Made by a program: the position numbers and the translations under genes
Assembly (NCBI GenBank): GCA_046563655.1
Contig: CM102289.1
Span: forward strand, 558,001-622,000
From: Yuukianura sp. NJ FZ-2021
Taxonomy: Eukaryota
Length of the DNA: 64,000 bases
Direction of reading: 5' to 3'
Shown here: positions 11,996-25,383 of the stretch, piece after piece
Layout of the letters: every line of letters starts with the position of its first letter
Position numbering within the stretch: the first letter of the stretch is position 1
The notes under the pieces: model-generated
The model's database searches: none
The model's input: the letters and a program-made list of their open reading frames with translations, nothing else
Told to the model about the DNA's origin: nothing

Positions 11996-13881
11996 ACAGA
12001 AAAGAATGCATTCCATCCTGTAAGCAATTACGTATGCAGAATATGCAATGCATTGTGTCAAGTCCGGTAATCCAAATATTTAACTTAACTTTAACCCATC
12101 ATCCGCGTATCATTTGGAAGGCTTAAATGTTTGAACTGTTACACTGGGTTTATGTTTAACAATAAATTTTTAAAAAAAAATGGTTAACTGAAGGTGAAAA
12201 AAGGCCCATTTCGAAAATTTGGCTAAATTGGCTGAAAATTGGCAGGTGACACAAAATAACCTCAAACGAGTTCGGAAAATGCCGGAAACGTTAACGTTAA
12301 CGCCATAGCTACCGGAATTCCTTTCTCGCTAATTTTGTTTTTGTTTTTTCAAATTTTTTCTTCTCTAAATTCAGATTAGAGCAAATTCGCACGTTTTTTT
12401 AAGCAGGATGTTTTCACTTGTGACTTTTACTCTGATGCTGAGGTGAGGTCATTTAATTGCGGAAAATTCCAACTACAATTAATTGTGAAGACGCAATTAA
12501 TTGTGAAACTGTAATTAATTCTTCTTTTTTTTTCTTTGCAAATGTAGTATTTCCAAATAATGTCCCCAAGGATAAACAAACTGCCAAAATTTCCGAAAGG
12601 CAAAAGAAAAGTAACGCCTGGATGGAAAAACCAGTTTTCTATATTTTTCATGAACAACGCTTATTATTTAGCATTTTGTATATTTCTAAAATTAAGAAAA
12701 AAAATAACACTGTATGGAATTACAATTGAAGAAAAATTGCAAGGAGATTACCGAATTGAGGCAATTGAGGGATTACCGAAATAAAATAACTTAAAAGGCG
12801 TAGATCAAAATTTACAAGGAATTGCACTGTAAAACACCCAAACGAGAAACAGAGTTATATACACATTCGTGTGCGAATTTGATTTTTAGTAAAAAAAAAT
12901 GGCATGCGGTTAACTAAATTCTATTATTTAAATACTACTCGCTTGAAATTTAATTCAGGCTGTTTTATAAATTTTGGGAAAATCCAATGCCAATTAATAA
13001 TGATTACGTGTTAAATTCCATAGGATTTCAAATTTTTGAACTTTTTGACCATCTCCAAAATTTCGAACCATTGCATCAAAAGAAAATGTGAGGGGTGATT
13101 TTGAGGTCACGTATTGATTTGCAGCCAAATCCAAAATAACCTGTAATGATAAGTTAACCGAATCCACGAATCGCTAATTAATAATGTAACAGATTGATCA
13201 AATTAGAGTGTGAAAATTAATGATTGAAAACTTCAAGATTAACGGATACATGACATAAAGATGAAACAGATTTAAGCAACAGTTCAGTAAAAACTGGAGT
13301 GTGGTAAGGTGGTTAGTGGGTGTAACAAAAAATGAGTGCAAGGATGCTGGCCAGTAGTTCAAATCCCAGTAAGAATGAGTTTTTTTTTCTTTTGGAATGT
13401 CTACAATACTAGACACAGCCATTTCTAAAGAGACTGTTCTCTCTACTGGACTAGACGGACACTCTCAAGCCTTCCTTTTCCGGAAAATCCTCACACTGTC
13501 TAGTCCAGTAGACACAGAAATGCATCAAGTTTGGGGGTAGAAGATTCAACATAATGCTGTACACAGCCTGTACCCAATTTCATTCACCGGGGTGGTTACT
13601 AAATTTAACGATTATTGTTTATTAGACGCATACCACACGTCCTTAAACTTAATAAACAAATTTTCTTACAACACGCAGTAGAGCTTAAGTTTCTATTTTG
13701 TGAAAAATAAAAACAAATAAAAATAGCAGTGGAAATTTGTGTTTTGCAGCAAACGCGTGCAAAATAAAAAGGCCGTTTGACTTAAAACAAACGGCTATTT
13801 AAAACTGTTAATTTTAAATTAAAACTGAGATGGAGGTCGTTTTTTTTGAAGGTTTCTGACAAACTCATACATTTTCAATTC

Positions 13882-14096
13882 ACTAGACGGAACCCGTGAT
13901 GTTTACACATCACGAAATTTACTTGAAGCATTAGTTCATCGTTGGGCCAAACGAAAGAGCTAATCGATTTTTGACATGGGGCAAGATGATTTTTAATATT
14001 TTGTCAAAAATCTCCTAGCTCTTCCGTTTGACCCAACGATGACCTAGTGCTTCAAGTAAATTTCGTGATGTGTAAACATCACGGGTTCCGTCTAGT
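13882..14096. mobile_element. Palindromic MITE (~95-bp arms, ~25-bp loop)
   Basis: actagacggaacccgtgatgtttacacatcacg... inverted against ...cgtgatgtgtaaacatcacgggttccgtctagt. Confidence 0.75.
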
Positions 14097-14440
14097 TGAA
14101 GCAAAACATATTGTGTAGGCTGGGAAGGCAAGCCCCCCCAAACCCCCCCCCCCCCTGAATTTGAGTTGAGATGGAATTTTTGGAAGTCTGTGCTTGGAGA
14201 AGTAATGTAAAAGGTACACCCCAGGATCGTTCCACTCTTCTAAGCAGAGAGTTTTTTGTACCTATAGTTTGCATTAGCATGGGTTTTCACGTTGTGACTT
14301 GTGACCAAGGGACACTCGTCAATTAGAGTATGATTCTTTAAAACTTTTTCAAAGTTCAGTTTCATTTTGAAATAAAATTTTGTTGTCACTTGGTCAATGT
14401 GCAGTTAAGTAGTTGCTCAAATCATGATTCTGGCAGTGCA

Positions 14441-14764
14441 GCCCTTATTTAACTGAATATTTGTATGCAATTTTTGTAAATAATATTTCTAGCCTCAAAA
14501 ATTTGAAACTTTTTCAAAGTCGAATGAAAACGAAGACGTCAATTACTTTTTGACAACAAAAAAACCAAATCGAATTGGAGAGATGGCTATTTGAAGAAGA
14601 TCAACAGGAGCGATTTAAGTAAACTAATTTGTTTCCTACTATAATTTAAATTTTAGTCACTAAAACGAGAAAATTTTAAGTAAAAATTTAAAGAGAGATT
14701 AATTAAATTTTTTAATTTTCCTACAACCTGCAAACCAACAACTGCTTATGTTTTGCTGTTGCAT
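14441..14764 (+). pseudogene. Truncated PPPDE fragment (exon 3 + start of exon 4) abutting the upstream region of copy 2
   Basis: PQKFETFSKSNENEDVNYFLTT...RWLFEEDQQERF and SYNLQTNNCLCFA match the full copies. Confidence 0.7.
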
Positions 14765-15125
14765 ATTTTAGTCTTTAATAAATTGCTATGATAAGCTCTG
14801 TCGACACTTTTTAGCACTTGGTAACAAATCAACTTTTGGCACTCAACTATCACTTGAAAGTGAAGAAACCTTGACATTGCTTTTATTGAACATTAATCCG
14901 ACTAAAGTTTATTGATAAAGGCTTAACTAACAAGCATGAAAAGATTGTGGCTTTAAGATTTTTACTCAAGCTGTAGTTTCTAGCTAAAACATTGTTTCAC
15001 ATTCGAGCAGAACCAACTTCAGAGCAGAATTGTGCAATAAATTTCTTTCAAACCTTTCTTTCAAAATTTTAGCACAAATTTTTAACTAATTAGAAAAACG
15101 TTGAATTGTTCAATCTGGTTTTAAA

Positions 15126-18100
15126 ATGGCCGAGGCTCAACCGGAAGAACCCAGGGCTTACGTTGTATTTCTATTTGGGTGGAAACTGTTCCCTTTACAA
15201 GGTCAATTTTATATTAAATATTAATAATAAATATAATAATAATAATTAATAAGTGCTTAATAACTTATTGCTGATTTCGATGCGGGCCAGAGTTATCAGC
15301 TACCTTAGCTCCTAAAGGGGTACCAAAGAAATTTTTGCACATTGGGGTTGGAGTTTACAACAGAATTTATGAGTTCAATCAAACTGGATTTCATAGCAGT
15401 CAAAATATGGTTAGTTCTGCATTTTAAAATAATTTATATACCAAAAATAATTATTGAAAATATATAAATTTGCTATTGTAAATGTAAAAATATATTTGGA
15501 CGAACCATTCAATAAGTTTTTAGCTTTCATTTTACTTACTATTTGTATTTATTTTTTTAAATAATATTTATAGCCTGAAAAATTTGAAATTTTTTCAAAA
15601 TCTAATGAAAACGAAGACATAAAATACTTCTTGACAACACAGAAGCAAATCGACTTGGATAAATGGTTAAATGAACAAAAACAATTTAAGTAAAGTTAAT
15701 TTTTTTTTACTAAAATTTAACTTTTATTCACTAAAACAACAAATTTTAGCTATCATTCATCTTTGTTTAAATTTAGAGCTAATTCCTACAACCTGGAAAC
15801 CAACAACTGCCTATGTTTTGCCGCCGCAGTGTGTCACTTTCTTGGCGTTCCATTTGAAGGTGAACATGAAAAACTGAAACAATGGTTGGCTCAAAGGTAT
15901 TTTTTAAATTTAAAGTTTAAAGTCAGTTGAAAGTTAAGAAAAATAATTGTTTTTAGCACAATCATAACAACTGCCTACAAAAAACTGCAAAAGCATCCCA
16001 CTTGGGCAAGGTTTTTGGGATCTTCGCTGATTTCTTCGAGAGCTGCCGGAAGTCAAACTTCCGTGGAAGTTTACGAAACAATCATGAAAGAAGTTAGTGT
16101 GCAAAATGCAATGGAGGCACAGTATAGTATGGTGGCCCCAGAGTGCCAATGCTGTTTTTCTCATTTTGTAATTCAAAAAGCATTTTCAAATGCATTTTCA
16201 ATTGTATTTCGTTTTCAAAAGCATTTTCAATTGCATTTCGTTTTCAAAAGCATTTTCAATTGCATTTCGTTTTCAAAAGCATTTTCATTTGCATTTCGTT
16301 TTCAAAAGCATTTTCATTTGCATTTCGTTTTCAAAAGCATTTTCATTTGCATTTCAATTTCAAAAGCATTTTCAATTGCATTTCAATTTCAAAAGCATTT
16401 TCAATTGCATTTCAATTTCAATTTGAAAATGAAAATGCACTTGGCCCTTCTGGGCTCCTAATTCAAATTCAATTTGAAAATGAAAATGCATTTGGCCCTT
16501 CTGGGCTCCTTATTCAAAAAGTGCGCGCTTTCATGTCAGGTGACTTTGTTATATGCGAAAGTGGAAAAGTCCTGAGTTCCTATACACATCACTGGTGCCA
16601 ACTCACAAATGGGCAAAAATAAATCTCAAATTGACGGATATTTTTTATTTTCATTTACTTTTGGTTAATTAATTATTTATTAATTACTAATTATTTGTGT
16701 AGATTATTTTGCTAAAAAACTACACATCCTTTACGTTATACCAGCTGATCAGTAACTTGGCCGGCTCGCAAACTCTGCTTGATGGAGTAAACGATGTATA
16801 TGGTGTTGATTTTACCAATTTATTAGTATCTTTGCCAATTTAATTATTTTAATCTAATTAAACAGAACTTAGAAAACTTAACCTATGTGTTTCTGTTGAA
16901 TGTTTGACTGCAGTCTTATGCCACACATACTTATGGGGAAGCAGAAAAGAAAGAATAATCGATGGCCAAGAGCTAGACGCTATCGTCGCGCTCCCTATCA
17001 CCACCCACTACTTACGAATCCGACTTGTCGGAAAGCTAGAAATTATATGAGATACTTTTAACACTTTAATTGATAAACTCCTAAAGTCTCATCAAAATCT
17101 GAGCTTTCGTTTTCTTACAAACTAACAAAATGTAATTGACAAAAATAACAGTCCGTTATCATACAATAACTTTACGCTCCCATCCTGCAAAACCGAAAGG
17201 TCAGATTTTGATGAGACTTTGAAGGGGTATTGTTTATTGTGTTTAGAATCTTCGCAAAAATTTCTAGATTCGCCATAAATGGAGTTCGATTGTAGTGGAT
17301 GATAGGGAGCACGAAGACAGCTTCTGACCTTAGGCTTTTCTTTGTTTATCTCTGTTCTCCGATTTTTGTCAGGAACCCCATCTGTGGCGAAGCTAGAAAT
17401 TTCTGCGAAGATTCTAAACACAATAAACAATACCCCTTCAAAGTCTCATCAAAATCTGACCTTTCGGTTTTGCAGGATGTGAGCATAAAGTTATTGTATG
17501 ATAACGGACTGTTCTTTTTGTCAATTACATTTTGTTAGTTTGTAAGAAAACGAAAGCTCAGATTTTGATGAGACTTTAGGAGTTTATCAATTAAAGTGTT
17601 AAAAGTATCTCATATAATTTCTAGCTTTCCGACAAGTCGGATTCGTAAGTAGTGGGTGGTGATAGGGAGCGCGACGATAGCGTCTAGCTCTTGGCCATCG
17701 ATTATTCTTTCTTTTCTGCTTCCCCATAAGTATGTGTGGCATAAGACTGCAGTCAAACATTCAACAGAAACACATAGGTTAAGTTTTCTAAGTTCTGTTT
17801 AATTAGATTAAAATAATTAAATTGGCAAAGATACTAATAAATTGGTAAAATCAACACCATATACATCGTTTACTCCATCAAGCAGAGTTTGCGAGCCGGC
17901 CAAGTTACTGATCAGCTGGTATAACGTAAAGGATGTGTAGTTTTTTAGCAAAATAATCTACACAAATAATTAGTAATTAATAAATAATTAATTAACCAAA
18001 AGTAAATGAAAATAAAAAATATCCGTCAATTTGAGATTTATTTTTGCCCATTTGTGAGTTGGCACCAGTGATGTGTATAGGAACTCAGGACTTTTCCACT

Positions 18101-18660
18101 TTCGCATATAACAAAGTCACCTGACATGAAAGCGCGCACTTTTGAATAAGGAGCCCAGAAGGGCCAAATGCATTTTCATTTTCAAATTGAATTTGAATTA
18201 GGAGCCCAGAAGGGCCAAGTGCATTTTCATTTTCAAATTGAAATTGAAATGCAATTGAAAATGCTTTTGAAATTGAAATGCAATTGAAAATGCTTTTGAA
18301 ATTGAAATGCAATTGAAAATGCTTTTGAAATTGAAATGCAAATGAAAATGCTTTTGAAAACGAATTGCAAATGAAATTGCTTTTGAAAACGAAATGCAAA
18401 TGAAAATGCTTTTGAAAACGAAATGCAATTGAAAATGCATTTGAAAATGCTTTTGAAAACGAAATGCAATTGAAAATGCATTTGAAAATGCTTTTGAAAA
18501 CGAAATACAATTGAAAATGCATTTGAAAATGCTTTTTGAATTACAAAATGAGAAAAACAGCATTGGCACTCTGGGGCCACCATAGTATAGAATATCCAGT
18601 AGTGGAGCCAGGTACAGAGTTGAAGATGCTTCTGTCGATCCTGACAATGAAGAGTCGTAA
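15126..18660 (+). CDS. PPPDE/DeSI-like putative deubiquitinase/deSUMOylase, copy 2; last exon split by a 2.46-kb foldback insertion
   Basis: Exons 15126-15201, 15291-15409, 15574-15689, 15777-15896, 15957-16127 + 18591-18660; catalytic-dyad-like motifs FLHIGVGVYNRIYEF and YNLETNNCLCFAAAVCHFLGV, typical of permuted papain-fold C97 peptidases. Confidence 0.7.
16128..18584. mobile_element. Large foldback (FB-like) palindromic element, ~1.15-1.2-kb arms, ~85-bp loop
   Basis: TIR tatggtggccccagag / ctctggggccaccata; 6-bp TSD gtatag (16122-16127, 18585-18590); the empty site is seen in the paralog near 5092; subterminal 29-bp tandem repeats. Confidence 0.9.
16173..16430 (+). repeat. 29-bp tandem repeat (ttgcatttcgttttcaaaagcattttcaa) in the left foldback arm; mirrored at ~18235-18540
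   Basis: Directly visible period of 29; the right-arm copy has extra 12-bp units. Confidence 0.85.
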
Positions 18661-18712
18661 CATAAAAAGTATTTTTGTTAATTTTCAAAATTTCCAAAGA
18701 AAAAAAAAAGCA

Positions 18713-20979
18713 TTATGACGTAGAACTTTGGAATTTGTCGATTTCCAGCTTCAACTTCTCCTTAATTTGTGGCACTGAAATTCGGTTTTTGGGATTGTAT
18801 TTCAATGTTTTCTTCACGATTTGGCAAATTTCTGGATATTTGTTTTCGTCCAATGGTTCTGAAATTTGGTTTAATATAAAAGAAAAATTAAATTCATTTT
18901 ATTTGTTTTAATTATAAAAATGAAATTATACAGTAAGTCGTTTTTGCTTACTAAACTCCCAAGGAGACTGTTTTCTAACCAACAAAACCTCTTTGATTTC
19001 CTAAATTACAAAGATTGCATCAACTTACATAAATTACATCAATGTCATTAATTAATGTATGTTTAGTGATTGTAATTCTTGTTACCTCGACTGATGGATG
19101 TTCATTCGTTGCTGAGTAAGGAACAAAAGTGTCATCTGACCAAATTTGGTACAAAACAACACCGTAAGCCCAAACATCAGATTTAAAGTCATAGATTCCT
19201 GATGGCTTTATCACAATTTCCTTCTGTGATGATTTTGGCTCATCTTCATCAGATTCTGCAACGTCATCGCTCGGTGGCTGGCCAAATTGCGTCCAGTCAA
19301 AGTTACGCGGAAGCATAGGCCGAGCTGTAATAGGTTTTTAAAAGTAAATAAAAAGTGAACAACATCATTACATCAATTCAATAACATCAAAAAACACTTC
19401 TCTCTTTTTTTTTTGCAAAATTGAAAAAACATGAGGTATTACCCAACCTGTTAAAGAAAATCAAAGTCAACAAACCTTGATTTACACAAACTAGAAATTA
19501 ATAGTTAAAAATTTAAAACTAAACTAAATTTTTAAAACCATGCAAACGTTTAGCGTCATATGAAGCGTAGTTTTTGTTTTACCTTCTGGTACAATTTTGA
19601 ACCAAGGAAACACTTCTGGTGCACAGTATTGAAGGGAATACGCTGTCCGTCGTTCATCACCTTCGCCTAGCTACAAACCCATTTTAATAGGTGTAATTTT
19701 TGTAGTTATTATTTGAAATTAAATTGGTTATTATAATAATTATACTTATTTAAATATTAATTACAAACTTACAATGATTACACCTCCACCTTGAAGAAAC
19801 GAAGTAAGGCCAAAGTCACAGAGCTTTGGTTCATAATCTTCCATGAGAAGAACATTCCTTGCAGTCAAGTCTCTGTGAACACATTGGTGAAAATGAATGT
19901 AATTGAGCCCACAAATAATTCCGTAACTGATTTTTAACTTTGTTTCTTCAGTCTGTCAAACAATCAACAATAACATTAATTAAATTTAATTAATTTATAA
20001 TTAAATTATCTACGAAGGTTTGTTGATTTACTTATCTTTAACACCTTACGTAATACCTCATGTTTTTTTCAAAATTTATGAAAAAAAAAGTTGCATTTCA
20101 GGGTATCGTAACTATGACATTATTATCAATGATTTTTAAATATTTTGCCCACGAAATTGGTATCGAAAAATTTTATTTTTGGAATTGGCACCAATGGTAC
20201 TCAGTTTTTTGTTATTTTGATTGGGGTATTACGCAACCTGCTAAACAAAACTGGATGGTTGTCATGGAACCTTGATTAATTAAGTTATAAAAATAATAAT
20301 AAACTTAATTATATGTTAAATTTACCCAGTATTCAGGAAGGCATTCCTCATCTTGTTGATGTTTATAAACCAGTTCCAGAGTGCGGTATAAACTTCCGTT
20401 TTGTGCAAATTCGAGCACAATCCATGGCAAATCAGTTTCATTTGTAGCGAAAGAAACCATGCGAATTATATTGGGATGCGAAATAAGTTGCATAATTGCT
20501 CCCTCGATGATTGTAGTCCCAATGCCTTCAATTAGTCTTCCTCTTCGTTTTGTTGGTATCTTAATTGCGACAGGAAGTCCAGTTTCAGATTTCCCTAGTT
20601 CAATTAAATCATAACACAATAAATTATAATATAATAATTAAAAAAATGCTTTGAAATGCACATATAACATGAATTTTCGTGTTTAACATTTGGAAATCTT
20701 GATATCATTTTTTGAATACTAAACAATGTTACCTTTAAACACTTTTCCAAAATTCCCGCCTCCAATTTGCTTTTCAATTTTAAACCTGGTTGAATCATAG
20801 GAGCGAATTATTCCGCCCAATTTTAAATTCCTGGGAAGTTTGAAACTTGGACTGGACATTTTCCCATCTGGTCCAACAATGTCCAGTTGCAAATGCGGTT
20901 GGGGCAATCCAACGGCTCCACCAAAGTCAAATGTTCTTATAGAAACTTGGTGGTCACAAACTGTCATTGAGTCACTCAT
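18713..20979 (-). CDS. Non-receptor tyrosine-kinase-like protein kinase (7 exons, kinase domain only)
   Basis: IGGGNFGKVFKG, VAIK, HPNII, HRDLTARNVLL, KLCDFG, YCAPE, KSDVWAYGV motifs. Exons about 20979-20733, ~20605-20326, 19953-19773, 19670-19582, 19325-19086, 19001-18951, 18860-18713. Confidence 0.88.
20014..20274. mobile_element. CAAGG-family MITE in a kinase intron
   Basis: Similar to 3862-4103 (aaggtttgttga...taatacctcatg...caacctgctaa...ggaaccttg). Confidence 0.65.
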
Positions 20980-21323
20980 TTTTCAATTTAAAAAGTAAAA
21001 TTAACGCTACAACACTGAAAATCTAAATTTCCAAACGCAATTTCAATTTTACTTCACGTCATATGCTTTGTGTTAAATCAAGCAAGACTAAATGATTCAT
21101 GTTTCCACTGGAACTGGGACCAAAATGGACCAAATTTTGTGAGAACAAATCAGCAACTTAGCCAAGTAAAAGATCACTTTTTTGCCCTTTCAGGATTTGC
21201 TAAGAGAGCAGAAAAAAGATAAAAAAGTGTGACTGAAAGCATAATCTTAGACACATTAAATCAACAGTTTCAACAGCTACAGAAACACGATAAAACATAA
21301 ACTCTTTAAAAGACGTATAATGC

Positions 21324-21635
21324 CAAGGTTCGAAAACAAATGGATGTTTTTTTCTACAACAGGTTGTCCAATAACTCGGGTTTTTTCATTTTGTGCAAGA
21401 ATTTGCAAAAATGTAACCGGTTGAGCTTCACCTCCATCACGATGGAAATTTGTAACCTTTTTTTACCTCCTATGTGATTTAGTGTTCAAAGTTTGAAAAG
21501 AAAATTGGGGGAACAAGGATAAACAAAGTTGGTGCTAAATTGGTGCAAAAAGTTGCTTGAAGCAAAATTTTTGAAAACGTTGAGTTATTGGACAACCTGT
21601 TGCAGGAATTACAAATCGGTTGGCAAGGAACCTTG
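21324..21635. mobile_element. CAAGG...CCTTG MITE
   Basis: Termini caaggttc/gaaccttg; internal inverted aacaggttgtccaataactc / gagttattggacaacctgtt; imperfect 8-bp flanks tataatgc/cataatga. Confidence 0.65.
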
Positions 21636-22060
21636 CATAATGATATAATAAGGTCCCCATCTCAGAAATTATTTTTATAATAATACCTTACAAAACACCC
21701 AAATAAGTTCAGAATTTTATCAAAGCGTCCTCTCAACCAACGTTATTCAAACTTAAAAAAAATTTATAGCGTTAGTAACTACTTTTTTTTTTCTAAAGAT
21801 TAAAAATTCTTGAAAACCGGAGTGTACGAGAGTAGCGAACGATGTCGCAGAGATAGCAACAGGCAGACAGGCATAGAAGATACGTATGCATAAAGTTGCT
21901 TTCGCTTCCTTCAAAAATCCTTTTTCTGAAAATAGGTTTGGGACCATGGGTATGGTCAATAGTTATTTTTATCTACCACCCAAATGTTTCTTGGTTGTTC
22001 AAATTTTAAACTTTAGAAAATTGAAAACGTACAAGCTTGAAACAAATCTAAAGCGTAGAC

Positions 22061-23286
22061 ATGATCCAGTTGCCGGATATGAATTTAGTCGACGTCTGTG
22101 GTGACATGACACTCCAAATTTCGGGTGACATTGTCTGCCCAGAGGCTGCCTGTAGGGTTTCCTTCAATCTTACAACGAACTGTGTCAAACTTTTTATCAG
22201 TCCAATGGGAGGAAATCCCGGTAAGGAAATATTATTTGTCTCACTGGACTTGCCAAAAATATTTAGTTCCCATGCTTGTGAGGTTAACAAAATCAATACT
22301 TCGGCCATTTTTGTTACGAAATATATATTTATTTTCCCATGCCTTTAATGTTAACTTAATCAATATCTCGGGCTTTTTCAGTAAATATTGTATTTATTTA
22401 AATATTTCGCCGGTTTTTAGTAAATATTTTTGGCAGCACTGTGATTATTCTTATTTGTTTTATTTAATTTATTTAAGTTTTCTGCTGTTGACTTTTACTT
22501 TTATTTGAATAGAGCTGGATTTGGGCCCTTTGGAGTTTAGTAAAACCGTTGGCAATAAAATTACTTTTGAAAATGATGACACCAGAAATCTGGGCAGAAC
22601 TGTCAAAATTGTGACAACGAAACAGGGAGAAATTTTAACGGTTGTGCTCAACCTGGTACGAAAGGGTAAGTTACATTATGTGAAAGACATTAATTAACAA
22701 TTAACAAGTTAATTAACAGCGAACAAATTAATTTACAACAAATTAAAGGTCAAATAACCTAACAAATTTAGTTAATTTGCAGATTATTTGTTAATGAGGA
22801 TAATATTCCGTGCGTTTATTCGCATGGGTTATGCCAACGATACCGTAAGTAATAAATTATTGACTGATCGAAATATCCGACAAAAGGTTAGGATAGTGCA
22901 AGGTTGGTTGACTTATTTTCCATAACAGGTGGCGAAATAACTCATGTTTTTTTTCGATTTCGCAAAAAAAGTTAATTTGCATTTCTATTTTAGGTTATAA
23001 GCGATTCCTTAAAGTTTTACATACGACTTGAGGCCAAAAATTCGAATTCCTGGAATCGGTACCAATGTTATTCAGATTTGTGTGATTTTTATTTATTGTT
23101 TTGAGAAAGGACGGAGTTATTACGCAACTTATTAAGGAGTTGTATATAGTTGTCAAGGAACCTTGATTACTGGAACACAGTTAATAAGCTTTTACTTGGC
23201 ATCAATTTTTTTTAAGTCAATTAATCAGAATTAAATGTTTTCATTTTTGTCAAAAGATTGGTGCAACTACATACCGTGGTTTGTGA
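22061..23286 (+). CDS. Orphan family 'YRGL' copy 2
   Basis: LQISGDIVCPEAAC..GNP|ELDLGPLEFSKTVGNKITF..|DYLLMRIIFRAF..|IGATTYRGL*; conserved splice sites. Confidence 0.7.
22899..23165. mobile_element. CAAGG-family MITE in the last intron of YRGL copy 2
   Basis: caaggttggttgact ... tgtcaaggaaccttg termini, similar to 3862-4103. Confidence 0.65.
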
Positions 23287-23909
23287 AATTATGCAGCACG
23301 CTCTAACCAGGACAATCGCAGTCAAACCTAACCTAACTGCAACATAACTTTTACTCACTTATTAAGATTTTGTCATTATTATTTTGTCAGTAAAATTGCT
23401 ACACATTTTCTCAATTCTTCACAAACTTTTTTTTCTGAAATGACAAATTCATTTAATGTAAAGACCTATTTATACTTTTTGTGTCACTGAAGTTTCTAGG
23501 ACAAGGTTTGCCGTAGGCGTCTATAACAACAGAATTTTCAACACAAACGTTATGGAATTTTCGTCACCTACGACAAACTTTTCCTATGAAACGTGAGGAA
23601 ATGAAGAAAGTATGAATTGGGCTTAAGAACTAAAGGAATTGTGTTAAAATAAAGCGGTCAAGCACTGAAGTCTACGAAATTGGCTAAAGGTGTTTCTGGA
23701 GTAGCAACAAAACGACAGACAGGCGGACAAGGTCCATACACAAAGTGACCTTCGCTACTTTTAGTATAATACTATTTCTTAAAATAAATTTGAAACAATG
23801 GGTTTGGCCACTACATACTTTTGTATATCACCCCAAGGCTTCTGGTTTTTCAATTTTGAACTTCACAAAATTGAAAAGGTGCAAGTTTAAAAAAGTCTAA
23901 AGTGTGAAC

Positions 23910-24795
23910 ATGAATCAAACGCTTGGGATGGATTCAATCAAGGTGTACCTTGGATACATGTCAGTCGAGATTTCTGGTGACATTGTCTGCCAGAAGGCTG
24001 CCTGGAGAGTTTACGCCAATCTTGATATGCGAAGTCTCAAACTGTTGTTTAGTCTATGGCCTGGAGTTCCTGGTAAGGAAATATTATATTGTTTCAATCA
24101 TTAATTTACTTATTTTATTTAGTTTATTTAACTTTTATGTTGTTTAATTTTACACTGGTTTGAATAGAACCGGATTTGGGTCCTATAGACTTTAGTAGGG
24201 CTGGGGGCAATACAATTTGTTTTATAAATCATCACACCAGAGATCCTGTCGGAAGTATCAAAATTGACATGACAACTCAACTGGGCGAAAAATTGACGCT
24301 TATGCTCACAATGGCGTCTGATCTTGGTAATTGACATTTTGTACTAAAAACAAAATTATCATATTAACATTAGGACGGTTAACAACCTAATTAATAATTA
24401 ATAATAATAATTGAAAATTAATAAAGAACAAATTAAATAAGACTTGATAAATTAGTTTCCAATTAATTTGCAGATTATTACTATCTGAGGGGAGTATTCC
24501 AGCAGTATATTTGCATGGGTTATGAGAGCAATATCGTAAGTAGCCAGTTATTTCACCGAATTAAATTAAATTATTTCATCAAAGCACTTGGGAAAAAAAT
24601 TACATTCAATTCCGGTCAATAGGAATTTGATTTTCAGTTTTTGTAACGAATTGAAAAACTAAAATTTTTCCTAAATCATAAGAGGAAACAGTTATGTTTT
24701 TAGCTGGTGCCAATTTTTTAAAGTGAATTAACCATTATTTTATTATTTTAATTTTTTTGCAAAAGATTTCAACAACTGTATACCGTGGATTGTGA
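23910..24795 (+). CDS. Orphan family 'YRGL' copy 3
   Basis: VEISGDIVCQKAAW..GVP|EPDLGPIDFSRAGGNTICF..|DYYYLRGVFQQY..|ISTTVYRGL*. Confidence 0.7.
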
Positions 24796-25383
24796 CATAC
24801 TGACGAATTCAGCAGTTTCTGACTAGAAACAATCGTAGCAAAACTTCCACTTTTAGTCAGTTTGGTTTTTATAAGCCAATATTTAACACTCCAACTTTAC
24901 TTGGGAATTAACGATTAAAACTTAATTAGTGGCTACGCTAAATTCAAAAAAACTTTGATATGCAAGTCAATGTCAATCTTATAAAATTCAAACCATAACA
25001 ACGAAAATTTCAGAAGGAAGCATACCAAAAGTGTTCTTACATTCAGTTTTACATTGAATAAATTCGAAAAAAAAGCTGAGAAAGCTCAATTGTTTTTTGT
25101 GTGTTGTTTTTTTTTCAAAAAAGGAAAAGATATGTATTTTCTTGAAAGTAGGAACAAAAGGAAACGTGTAAAAATAATCCTAATGCTGGAAATAGATTTG
25201 AAACAATGGGATTGGTCAGCAACTATTTTTACAGAGTGGTTGAAATTTCGAAATCTAAAAAATTGAAAAGCGTGAGTAGTTTTGGTAGGGAGAAGGCTCA
25301 GTGGATTTCCAACTTGCGTTGACCTTGTCACATTTCTGTACTTTCTCGTCAAATCCTTGGAGTGTGAAATAAATCGTGGAACG

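Noticed and set aside
16173..16430. Regular 29-bp repeats resembling a CRISPR array
   Set aside because: Head-to-tail repeats with no unique spacers, no cas genes, eukaryotic context; they are foldback subterminal repeats.
16143..18697. Multiple FSKAFS/FQKHF ORFs on both strands
   Set aside because: By-products of a stop-free tandem repeat. Only the frame continuing PPPDE exon 5 might be translated.
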